64,000 nucleotides of DNA from Candidatus Latescibacterota bacterium (lineage in GTDB: Bacteria > Latescibacterota > UBA2968 > UBA8231). Location of the stretch: contig OZ253462.1 of NCBI GenBank assembly GCA_965261395.1, positions 448,001 through 512,000 on the forward strand. Reading direction: 5' to 3'. Position 1 is the first letter of the stretch. Each line of letters opens with the position of its first letter. Below, piece after piece: positions 49,970-59,010 of this stretch. The notes under the pieces were generated by a model. It was not told the DNA's origin. It did no database searches and worked only from the letters and a program-made list of their open reading frames with translations. Position numbers and translations under genes: made by a program.

Positions 49970-50956
49970 ATGATGCCCGCAAGAGTCCAGACAATCGCCT
50001 ATTACGGTGACGTACCGTGGCACCGCTTAGGGAAGCAAGTGCCCAAGTGGATAAAGGCTAAAGAGATGATCCAAGCTGCCGGACTTGACTGGCAAGTCAA
50101 GTTGCAACCGGCGCGGGGTGCCCGAAAGATCAACAGAAAGGGCGAGTTTTCTCGGTACGAAGTTTTACGTGTACCACGGCCAAATGAAGGAGAGACAGAA
50201 GTCCTTCTTGGAGTTGTGAGTCGCCGGTATCAGCCTCTTCAGAACAGTGAAGCCTTTTCATTCTTTGATCCTATCGTCAGCGAGGGGCAAGCATACTTCG
50301 AAACGGCAGGGGCACTCGGCGAGGGCGAGCGAATCTGGGTTATGGCCAAGATGCCTGATGCCATGGAAATCGTTCGAGGCGACGAATGTTTCAAATATCT
50401 CCTCCTCTCCAATACTCACACGGGCGAAGGCTCCGTGATCGTCAAATTCACTTCGGTGCGTGTGGTATGCCAGAACACGCTGATGCTCGCCATGGACGAT
50501 GGACAGAAGGCATACCGCGTTAGGCATAGCAAGATGATGCAGTTCCGTTTGGATGAGTTGTCTAAATTTTTGGCAATTACACAGCACGTATTCCAGAAGG
50601 CAGAAGAGGAATTCAAGCATCTGGCGAAGGTGCAAATGAAGGGGGATCGGTTGCAACACTATCTTGAGGCGGTATTTCCTCGAACAGAAAAACAGAAAAA
50701 GGAGAGGGTAATACCTCAGCGCTGGCAGGATGTACAAAAAATGGTCGAGCGCCAACCAGATCTGCAAATTACTGGTGTCCGGGGTACGCTATGGGGTGCG
50801 TACAACGCGATCACACGTTTCGAGGATTATAAGAAGCCAATGCAGGAAGAAGTGGCGGATCAAAGACTGGAGCGGACTTGGTTCGGTTCAGGTGCCGACA
50901 TCAAACTGCGAGCGCTTGATCAGGCTTTGATGCTCGCCAAGTCGTGGTTGAATTGA
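49970..50956 (+). CDS. DUF932 family protein (phage/plasmid-associated)
   Basis: PWHRLG, AGLDW.V, LGVV..RY.PLQN.EAF.F, FETAG.L..G.RIW, LSNTH.G.GS, VRVVCQNTL, RH, GTLWGAYNA. Confidence 0.88.
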   Translation: MMPARVQTIAYYGDVPWHRLGKQVPKWIKAKEMIQAAGLDWQVKLQPARGARKINRKGEFSRYEVLRVPRPNEGETEVLLGVVSRRYQPLQNSEAFSFFDPIVSEGQAYFETAGALGEGERIWVMAKMPDAMEIVRGDECFKYLLLSNTHTGEGSVIVKFTSVRVVCQNTLMLAMDDGQKAYRVRHSKMMQFRLDELSKFLAITQHVFQKAEEEFKHLAKVQMKGDRLQHYLEAVFPRTEKQKKERVIPQRWQDVQKMVERQPDLQITGVRGTLWGAYNAITRFEDYKKPMQEEVADQRLERTWFGSGADIKLRALDQALMLAKSWLN

Positions 50957-51010
50957 TAATCGCGTGAATAGATTGAGTCACTTGGTGGTCGTGCAGAGAT
51001 AGGAGAAACA

Positions 51011-53791
51011 GTGAAAAACGAGGATCGCAGGCTGATCGAGGACTACCTGCCTCTGGATACTCTCAACGCTATAGCATCGAAAGAAAAGCTACATCCGCGT
51101 CACTATGTCTCATTGATTCACTATTGGCCCGCACGCCGCCCAACAACTGCCTGCCGTGCCGCGATCTATGCTGCGCTTGTTCCTGCTCCGAGCACTGATA
51201 AGGAACGCGAGGAAGCCGCATCCTTCGTCACCAAGCTAGCCGCGTTCAAACCAGACTCAAAGGCTATCAAAGAGGCAAGAGACCGTATCCAGAAACATCA
51301 TGGAGGTCTGGCCCCGAAGATTCTCGACATGTTCGCCGGCGGTGGAGCAATTCCGCTCGAAGCTGCACGGCTAGGCTGCGAGAGTCATGCCATAGACTAC
51401 AACCCGGTAGCGCACCTAATTGAGCTTTGCACGTTGGTGTATCCCCAGACGTTTGGACCAAGCCTCGCCGATGATTTCCAACGTTGGAGCCAAGTTGTCC
51501 TTGATCGGATGCGACAGGAACTTCGGGATCTCTACCCATCGGTTCAGATTCAGAAAAATAAAGAGGTGGTTACCCAGACGAATCTGTTCGGCGGCAGCAA
51601 GCCGCAGGTCGCCTGTCGCACTGAACCTGTGGCCTACATCTGGGCTCGTACAGTTCCCTGCCGCCGCCCCGGCTGCGATGCGCCAGTCCCGCTCGTCCGT
51701 CAAGCGTGGCTGCGAAAAAAGGGGGGAGCAATTGCCGCCGTACCGAGGATCGAAAACGGCTGCGATCTGCAATGGGAAGTCGTATCTGGTCGCTCCGTTA
51801 AGGAGGTCAGTACGCAAGAGGGCCAGACCCGCGCTGGACAGGCGGTCTGTGTGGCGTGCAATACACCGGTACCGTCCGACTATGTGAAGGAAATGTCCAA
51901 GGCCGGACACCTCGCCGAATCGCTTGCTGCCGTAGTCGTATATGGCAGACGCTCCAAGCTCTATCTGCCACCAAACGCCATAGTGCCGCCGGACAACAGC
52001 GAGTGCATCCGTCGGCTCACCAAATTGCTCGATAAGACGGGCCTCGCACCACTCGACGAGCAGATGAATACCTCTGATTCCACGACAGTAGCCGGTCGTG
52101 GGTACGGTATTTCACAATGGCACGAGCTATTCACTCCCCGGCAACTCCTCGTGCTTTTCACATTAATCAAGCATATTCGGCTGGCCCATGCCGAAATGCT
52201 CGACGCAGGGATAGCCGAGGACCGTGCCCTCGCTCTGTCAACGTATTTTGCAATGGCGTTTGGGCGCTTAGTCATCATATTCAACAAGTTTTCACGCTGG
52301 GAACCGAAAGACCAGATTACAAGAGGGGCTATAGGTGATCGGCAGGCTCTCAAAATGATCTATGACTTCTCAGACATCAACCCATTCGCGACGACCACAG
52401 GAAGTCTTCCTTTCGCACTGGAACGAGAGGCATACTGTATTCGTGAACTCGCCAAGATCACAAATACAGCAGTCGTAACGCGAGGCAACGCCGAGAAACT
52501 GTTCTACGACGATGAAACCTTCGACGCTGTTGTCACGGACCCGCCGTACTACAGCAGTATCTACTACGCGGACCTCTCGGCATTCTTCTACGTTTGGTTG
52601 AAGCGCATTGTCGGCGACCTCTACCCCGAGCATTTCACGCTGCCGGCACCACCGAAGCGCCGCGAAGCAGTCGCGCAACCGAGCGAGCACGAAGGCAATG
52701 CCCAGATGGCGAACGAGCACTATCAGAACCTGATGCGTCGTTCCTTTGTTGAAGCTCGGCGCGTCTTGAAGCCGGGTGCTCCGCTCGTGTGCGTGTACGC
52801 TCACAAGACGACAGAAGGCTGGGCAACGCTGATCCGAGCGCTGGTCGATGCCGGCCTCACCGTAACCGAGGCTTGGCCTGTGCAAACGGAGTCAAGAGGC
52901 CGAATGAACACACTGGATGCTGCCGCACTTTCCGACAGCATCTTCTTCGTGGCACGGCGGCGAGAAGATGCCGCGACGGGAGAATACGAGACCAATGTGG
53001 AGCCCGATCTCCACCGTATCGCACGCGAACGGGTGGTGACGCTGTGGGATGGGGGTAAAGGCATCGGTGGTGCCGATCTTCTTATGGCTGCTGTTGGTGC
53101 CGGGCTACGTGCGTACACAAGGTTTGCGAAGGTTGAGTATGCCAACGGCGAACCGATGCCGGCCGAGCAGTACCTCCGTGAAGTCGAAGGCGTGGTGCTC
53201 GACGTGATGCTCGAAGAGATTTTCGGCCTACGTGGTGCCGCTGTCGGGGCAGTGGATTCCATAACAGGCTTTTATGTCCTGTGGAGGTTCACCTACCGCG
53301 AATCGAGCATTGAGGCTGGAGATGCCTACGTCTTCTGCTACCCGCAGGGAATAGAGATTGACGGCCCTTTAGGCATCTCTGGCCCGTCTCCTTCATTAGT
53401 CGAGAAATCCGGCAGCAAGTTTCGTGTGCGCAACTACGAACAGCGCGGTGATGACGAGAAGTTAGGTATCGATACTAACGGTCAACCGGCACCGCTTATC
53501 GATGTTCTGCACCGCTTACTTTGGCTCATCGACAATGGGCCAAACGAGATCCAGGCCTTTCTCAAGGCAGCTCGCCCCAACGTGGAACAGCTTCGTCTAA
53601 TCACGCAGGCACTCTGCGCACCAGTTCTCGACCGTCCAGAAGCAAAAGACGCGATACTAACTACGGAGTTGAGTGCACTCTCGAAACTGACCGCGAACTG
53701 GCAAAACATCGTGGAGGAAGCCGCGTTCAGTCAAGAAACCGACCGGATCGTACAAGGGAACCTCGACCTGTTCTCCGGGAGCAACGAATAA
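51011..53791 (+). CDS. DUF1156-family adenine-specific DNA methyltransferase
   Basis: N-terminal LIE..LP...EK...HYWPARRP; motif I DMFAGGGAIPLEA; Zn-ribbon CRRPGC/CVAC; motif IV TDPPYY. Confidence 0.9.
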   Translation: MKNEDRRLIEDYLPLDTLNAIASKEKLHPRHYVSLIHYWPARRPTTACRAAIYAALVPAPSTDKEREEAASFVTKLAAFKPDSKAIKEARDRIQKHHGGLAPKILDMFAGGGAIPLEAARLGCESHAIDYNPVAHLIELCTLVYPQTFGPSLADDFQRWSQVVLDRMRQELRDLYPSVQIQKNKEVVTQTNLFGGSKPQVACRTEPVAYIWARTVPCRRPGCDAPVPLVRQAWLRKKGGAIAAVPRIENGCDLQWEVVSGRSVKEVSTQEGQTRAGQAVCVACNTPVPSDYVKEMSKAGHLAESLAAVVVYGRRSKLYLPPNAIVPPDNSECIRRLTKLLDKTGLAPLDEQMNTSDSTTVAGRGYGISQWHELFTPRQLLVLFTLIKHIRLAHAEMLDAGIAEDRALALSTYFAMAFGRLVIIFNKFSRWEPKDQITRGAIGDRQALKMIYDFSDINPFATTTGSLPFALEREAYCIRELAKITNTAVVTRGNAEKLFYDDETFDAVVTDPPYYSSIYYADLSAFFYVWLKRIVGDLYPEHFTLPAPPKRREAVAQPSEHEGNAQMANEHYQNLMRRSFVEARRVLKPGAPLVCVYAHKTTEGWATLIRALVDAGLTVTEAWPVQTESRGRMNTLDAAALSDSIFFVARRREDAATGEYETNVEPDLHRIARERVVTLWDGGKGIGGADLLMAAVGAGLRAYTRFAKVEYANGEPMPAEQYLREVEGVVLDVMLEEIFGLRGAAVGAVDSITGFYVLWRFTYRESSIEAGDAYVFCYPQGIEIDGPLGISGPSPSLVEKSGSKFRVRNYEQRGDDEKLGIDTNGQPAPLIDVLHRLLWLIDNGPNEIQAFLKAARPNVEQLRLITQALCAPVLDRPEAKDAILTTELSALSKLTANWQNIVEEAAFSQETDRIVQGNLDLFSGSNE

Positions 53792-53792
53792 T

Positions 53793-56696
53793 ATGAATAC
53801 AATGACAGTTCCTCAGTGGCTTGAGTCTGTAGAGCTTCATCCCGATGTCCTCTCAGAGGATTTCTCCGAAGATATATTCGCGCTAGACCTCGGTCCATTG
53901 TCCGACTACCTGATCGGGAGAGACCTTGGGTTGCCGGATTCGGAGTTGCCCCGTGTCCCCGCTGTTTACCGAGACCCGGACAGTTTCTTCCGAGCATCCT
54001 TTCTCACCAGCGGCCTGAAGTCCTTGCTGGACGATGTACTTGGGCGTTTGTCGGGATCTCAGGGCAATCGAGTGCTCAAGCTGGTGACTCCCTTTGGCGG
54101 CGGCAAGTCGCATACCTTGGCTGCTTTGCTCCACGGTGCCCGATCGCGGGCGGCACTAGACGCTCTGCCAGAAGCGACCGAGCTACCCCGCCCCGATGGA
54201 GTGCGTGTTGCTGCTGTTGATGGCCAGTTCTTCGACGCGACAACCGGCAAGCATGTACCAAAGGAGGACTTTGCCGCTAAGACCATTTGGGGCTGGATCG
54301 CGTGGGCGCTCGGCGGACGAGAAGGTTACAATATTATTCGAGGGCAGGATGAGGCCCGCGTCGCCCCCGGCGGTGACGAAATTATCAAGCTGCTCAAGCT
54401 AGGCCCAAGCCTGATCCTCCTGGATGAACTGTTGGAGTACCTCATCAGTGCAGGCGGAGTACGTGTAGAGCAGACTACCCTCCGCGACGAGACTCTCTCT
54501 TTTCTAAAGCGGTTGACCGTCGCGGTTGGCAACATCGAAGACGCTGCCTTGGTGTTCTCATTGCAGTCGAGCAAACGAGAGTCGCTCGATTATACAAATC
54601 TACTCCAGACCGTGGACCATCTTGCAGCGCGCGTGGATCAGCGACGCGAGCCGGTTGAAGGGAATGAGATTCTCAACGTAATCCAGCGCAGGTTACTGGC
54701 TAAGAGGCCGGATCAAGACGCCGCCACACGTGCGGCGGAAGCCCATAGCGATGTGTTTACTCAGATGTGGCGCGCTTATGCACCAAGTGACTCCGAGCGG
54801 CAACAGGCCGAGGAGGAGGGCCTAGTACTCCGAGACCGCATCAAATCGTCCTATCCATTTCATCCCGATCTCATCGACATCATGCGGGAACGCTGGGCGG
54901 CGATTCCTGAATTTCAGCGAACCCGTGGTGCCTTGAGATTCCTAGCCTCCTGCCTCCGTTCCGCCCATGGCACCGGACACTCCCGGATGCTGCTGGGGCC
55001 GGGAGACGTTCCCATCCAAGACTCAGAAGTGCGCCTCTCTTTCTTCAAGGAAGTCGGGCAGCGGGAGGACTTCCAGCCTTGCCTAGAGCATGACTTTACT
55101 GGCGCGAATGCCCGGACGCGCCGGATTGATAAACGTCGGGCACAGGAGGTGACCTCCGAGGCCGGGAAGCGTCCCGCAACTCGTCTGGCGACGACCATGT
55201 TGATGTACTCCTTTGGGGGACTGCGCCGGTCCGGCGGTGGAGACGGCGACCTCCTTCCACCCGGCATAAGGGAAGCGGATTTACTGAGGACATGTGTCGG
55301 CCCCGATCTCGATAGCACGACCATTCAAGCGTGCCTTAAAGAGCTCAAGGAGAACTGCCTCTACCTTCATTTTGACGGCACGCAGTACTGCTTCAAGAAA
55401 GACCCCAACGTCACCCTACTCGTCGAACAGGAGGTTGACGCTGTCACTAGAGACGAGAGCCGCGTCCAGACCAAGATCAGGGAGCTTATCGAGGAACGAC
55501 TGGCAGGCCAACAGTCGGCCATAGTATGGCCGGCGAAATCCGCAGATGTTCCGGACAAGGAGATGCAGTTCCTGATCACCTACATGCCGCTTGAGTTGGC
55601 CGCACAGCCCGAAGCGGAGCAGCGCAATACCGCCCGCGAGATTTGCGAAAACTACGGCAACCGCACACGTGCCTTTCGGAACGCTCTCGGACTCGCTGTG
55701 CCGGCTGCTGACCAAGTCGAGGTGCTGCGACGGGCCGTACGTTATCTCCTAGCGATTGAGCGGGTCCAGGCCAAGTGGCGCGAGCTTAACCTTACGGATG
55801 TTCAGAAGGATCAGCTTAAGGAACGCAACGCCACCGAGAAGGCGGCGACCGAGTCGGCCTTGCTGAGGCTCTACAGCGAAGTGTGGTTGCCAAGATCAGA
55901 CAACGGCTCACTTTCCTTAGAGTCAATCAGCGTCGGAGGCCGTCCCCTCCAGGCCACGTTAGACGGGAAAAAGCGCGCTCAAATCCATCAACGGCTGATG
56001 GAACTGCTGGAAACTGTGCAGCGGAAAGTGTTCGGATCAGTCGCGCCGGGAAAGATCATCCAGTTGTTCAAGCTGGACGAGGACGACTCCGTCGAACCGG
56101 GTATTGCAACCGACAGGGTCGTAGCTGGATTCTTCTCGTTCCTCGGTTTTCCAAGGCTGCCCTCGAATGAGGTAGTACGCAAAGCAATCGCGCGCGGCGT
56201 ACAGACCGGCCTGTTTGGATACACAACAGGACGACCCAACCTCGGGGACGATGGGCGTTACCAAATCGACCACAGCCGAATAGCCTTTGAGAGAAATGTC
56301 GCCGACGACGAGATCGACCTAGATTCGGGCTTCCTTATTTTACCCAGAGCGATCCCAGAGAAGCCGGTCGAGCCAAGTAGCGAAACTGGCGGAGGAGATC
56401 AGACGGCCTACGAGACGGAACCCACAGGCGGAGCAAGTGAATCCCAAGAAACTACCGATCCTGCCGATGAGCCGTCTAGTGCCGAGGATGAACGTGAAGT
56501 CGCTTTATCGTTCACGGCCGACAGCCAAGCTCTATTCCACGCCTGGAACGCCCTCGCCAATCTCGCAGACTTGTCGGGGGAGGTCTCCATCATTGCTAGG
56601 GCGAAACCAAAAAGCGGGTTCGACAAGAACACGCTGGAGTACGGCGTCTTGGAACCGCTACGAGAACTCGGACTGATCGATGATGGTCAGGACTGA
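53793..56696 (+). CDS. DUF499-family AAA+ ATPase
   Basis: W......HPDV, FALDL, FF...FLT.GL, TPFGGGKSH, LLDEL, RRL, YPFHP, FQRTRGALR. Confidence 0.9.
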   Translation: MNTMTVPQWLESVELHPDVLSEDFSEDIFALDLGPLSDYLIGRDLGLPDSELPRVPAVYRDPDSFFRASFLTSGLKSLLDDVLGRLSGSQGNRVLKLVTPFGGGKSHTLAALLHGARSRAALDALPEATELPRPDGVRVAAVDGQFFDATTGKHVPKEDFAAKTIWGWIAWALGGREGYNIIRGQDEARVAPGGDEIIKLLKLGPSLILLDELLEYLISAGGVRVEQTTLRDETLSFLKRLTVAVGNIEDAALVFSLQSSKRESLDYTNLLQTVDHLAARVDQRREPVEGNEILNVIQRRLLAKRPDQDAATRAAEAHSDVFTQMWRAYAPSDSERQQAEEEGLVLRDRIKSSYPFHPDLIDIMRERWAAIPEFQRTRGALRFLASCLRSAHGTGHSRMLLGPGDVPIQDSEVRLSFFKEVGQREDFQPCLEHDFTGANARTRRIDKRRAQEVTSEAGKRPATRLATTMLMYSFGGLRRSGGGDGDLLPPGIREADLLRTCVGPDLDSTTIQACLKELKENCLYLHFDGTQYCFKKDPNVTLLVEQEVDAVTRDESRVQTKIRELIEERLAGQQSAIVWPAKSADVPDKEMQFLITYMPLELAAQPEAEQRNTAREICENYGNRTRAFRNALGLAVPAADQVEVLRRAVRYLLAIERVQAKWRELNLTDVQKDQLKERNATEKAATESALLRLYSEVWLPRSDNGSLSLESISVGGRPLQATLDGKKRAQIHQRLMELLETVQRKVFGSVAPGKIIQLFKLDEDDSVEPGIATDRVVAGFFSFLGFPRLPSNEVVRKAIARGVQTGLFGYTTGRPNLGDDGRYQIDHSRIAFERNVADDEIDLDSGFLILPRAIPEKPVEPSSETGGGDQTAYETEPTGGASESQETTDPADEPSSAEDEREVALSFTADSQALFHAWNALANLADLSGEVSIIARAKPKSGFDKNTLEYGVLEPLRELGLIDDGQD

Positions 56697-56735
56697 TATA
56701 TACCAAACGTGCATTGTGCAAAACGCACTTGTGAT

Positions 56736-57845
56736 TTATCCGTCCGGCGTGACCGTCTTCCGGCGCAAGGTCTGCGCCGCCAGCAGCTCGACGTCTGGCG
56801 TCGGCAGATCGCCGACCGAGGGCTTGAAGACGCAGCCCTCGGCGAGCTCCAGGGGCGGTTGCGACAGGTCGCGGCGGTAGAAGCGGGAGGAGGGGAACAG
56901 GTCGCCTGGGTAGGTGAAGTTCTCCAGCGTCGCCAGCTCCACGCAGATCGATCCCCCGAGGGCGCTTTCGAGCATGCCCCCGACCCACACCGGCACACCG
57001 GCGTCCCTGGCCATGTCATGCACGGCGAGGGCATTGGTCAAGCCACCGATCCTTCCCGGCTTGATGTTGATGTAGCGACAGGCGCCGATGCGAAGCGCCT
57101 GCTCGGCGGTGCGCGGATCGACGATGCTCTCGTCGAGACAGATGGGCGTACCGATCTGTCTGGCGAGCTCGGCGTGATCGAGCAGGTCGTTGTACGCAAG
57201 AGGCTGCTCGATGAAGGCGAGCCCCATGCCGTCGATGGCCTTGAAAAACGGCAGGTCGTCGAGGGTGTACCCGGAGTTGCAGTCGATGTGGAAGGTGGTG
57301 TCGGAGAAGGTGCTGGTGACGATTTGCAGCATTTCCAGATCCCAGCCCGGGGCCGCTTTCAGCTTGATGCGCGGGAATCCGGCGTCGACGGCCTTCTCGA
57401 TGTTCCCGAGGAGCATGTCGTAGGAGTCCTGGATGCCGAAGTCAGCGCCGGCCGCCACGTCGCGGGTCCGGCCGCCGAGAAGCCGGTGCAGGGGGGTCCC
57501 GGTGATGCGGCTCTGCAGCGTCCACCAGCCGATCTCCACGGCCGCCTTGGCGAAGCTGTTGCCCTTGAAAATCGCCAGCCGCTGGTCGAGCTCGGCGGCC
57601 GTGTCGTACTCGCGCCCCACGACCCAAGGCCCCATCACCTCGGAGACGTGGTAGAACGCGGACCCGGCGCTCTCGCTGAGATAGGTGGGCGCGAAGAAGG
57701 GGGTGCTCTCCGACCAGGCTTCGTGCTCGCCACTGGTCAGCTTGACGAGCACCGAGTGGATGTCGGCGTCTTCCCCATACGCCGTGCGCCAGGGATAGAT
57801 GAGCGGCATCACCACGTAGTACACGTCGAGTCTGTCGATGCGCAT
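56736..57845 (-). CDS. o-succinylbenzoate synthase / N-acylamino acid racemase family enzyme
   Basis: RIKLK..PGWD, DCNSGY, IEQPL, CLDESI, NIKPGRIGG, GGMLES. Confidence 0.88.
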   Translation of the reverse strand: MRIDRLDVYYVVMPLIYPWRTAYGEDADIHSVLVKLTSGEHEAWSESTPFFAPTYLSESAGSAFYHVSEVMGPWVVGREYDTAAELDQRLAIFKGNSFAKAAVEIGWWTLQSRITGTPLHRLLGGRTRDVAAGADFGIQDSYDMLLGNIEKAVDAGFPRIKLKAAPGWDLEMLQIVTSTFSDTTFHIDCNSGYTLDDLPFFKAIDGMGLAFIEQPLAYNDLLDHAELARQIGTPICLDESIVDPRTAEQALRIGACRYINIKPGRIGGLTNALAVHDMARDAGVPVWVGGMLESALGGSICVELATLENFTYPGDLFPSSRFYRRDLSQPPLELAEGCVFKPSVGDLPTPDVELLAAQTLRRKTVTPDG

Positions 57846-58985
57846 CTATCGCTTCGCCTCTCCGGCCAGCGTCGTCACCGCTTCGACCAGCGTGTCCAGC
57901 TCCGCGTCGCTGGTGTAGAAGGCCACCGAGATCCGCACGCCGGTCGGATCGGTCAAGTACGTGCCCCGTTGGATGATCTGCCAGCGCTGCCTGAGGGCAG
58001 TGGAGACCTCGCCGCCCTCCATCCCTGCGATGGCGAATGTGACGATGCCGCTCCGGGTCTCGGGGCGGCGTGAACTGACGACCTGCACACCGGGAATGGC
58101 GTCGAGACGCGCCCACAACCCCTCCGCCTTGCGGCGGGCCTCCGCCGCGATGGCCCGAGGCCCGCCGATGCGGGTCATGAAGTCGAGGCTGGCGCCAACT
58201 CCCGAGTAGAGCACGCTCGCCGGAGTCCCCATCTCGTACTGTCGCGCTGAGGCGGAGGGATCGTGCGGACGCCGCAACGGCTTGAGAGCCTGCTGCGCAT
58301 CTCCGCGGACGTAGAGGAACCCAGTGCCGATCGGCGCCAGCAGCCACTTGTAGCAGTTGGTAGCGTAGAAGTCGCAGCCCATGCCATGGAGGTCCACCGG
58401 CAGCTGACCCACCGCCTGACAGCCGTCCCACAGCGTGAGGATTCCGCGGGCCCGAGATAGGGCGCAGATCTCCTCAGCCGGCAGCAGGGTGCCCGAGTCG
58501 GTGGTGACGTGACTGAAGCAGATCAGCCGGGTGCGTGGCGTGATGGCCTGTTCCACCCGTTCCAGGATCACGTCCTTGTCATGGTCCAGCTCGACCTCCT
58601 TGACGACGGCCCCCTCCCGGTCGGCCAGCCCTTGAACGGACTGAAGCGGTACCGGATGCTCCTCGCTGGTGATCAACACCTCGTCACCCGGTTCCCAGCG
58701 CAGCCCCCCCAACACCATGCCAAAGCCGTCGCCGGTGCTCATGGTCAAGGCGATCTCTGTCGCGTCGGCCCCGAAGAAGTCGGCGATCTTCGCAGGGATC
58801 TCGGAGGCGGCCTTGCCCATCGCTTCATACCAGTCGATGGGACTCAGTCTGCCATCGGCCATCGGCCGGTAGCCAGCGGTGATCGCCTGACTCACGCTGG
58901 CGGGCGCCTGGCCGACCCCGCCGGTATTGAGATAGACGCCGAACCGCAGACCCGGGATCTGATCTCGAATCTCAGCGACATCCAT
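57846..58985 (-). CDS. Class V PLP aminotransferase (cysteine desulfurase/isopenicillin epimerase-like)
   Basis: YLNTG, EEHP, SHV, DGCQAVG, YKWLLAP.GTG, YEMGT, RIS..FY; GGGGAGG upstream. Confidence 0.88.
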   Translation of the reverse strand: MDVAEIRDQIPGLRFGVYLNTGGVGQAPASVSQAITAGYRPMADGRLSPIDWYEAMGKAASEIPAKIADFFGADATEIALTMSTGDGFGMVLGGLRWEPGDEVLITSEEHPVPLQSVQGLADREGAVVKEVELDHDKDVILERVEQAITPRTRLICFSHVTTDSGTLLPAEEICALSRARGILTLWDGCQAVGQLPVDLHGMGCDFYATNCYKWLLAPIGTGFLYVRGDAQQALKPLRRPHDPSASARQYEMGTPASVLYSGVGASLDFMTRIGGPRAIAAEARRKAEGLWARLDAIPGVQVVSSRRPETRSGIVTFAIAGMEGGEVSTALRQRWQIIQRGTYLTDPTGVRISVAFYTSDAELDTLVEAVTTLAGEAKR

Positions 58986-59010
58986 TCGCCTGTTCCTCCC
59001 CCTGTGCTGA

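Noticed and set aside
56709-58073. 454-aa plus-strand ORF as a fifth gene of the DUF499 module
   Set aside because: It is the antisense frame of the OSBS/NAAAR gene, which has clear catalytic motifs.
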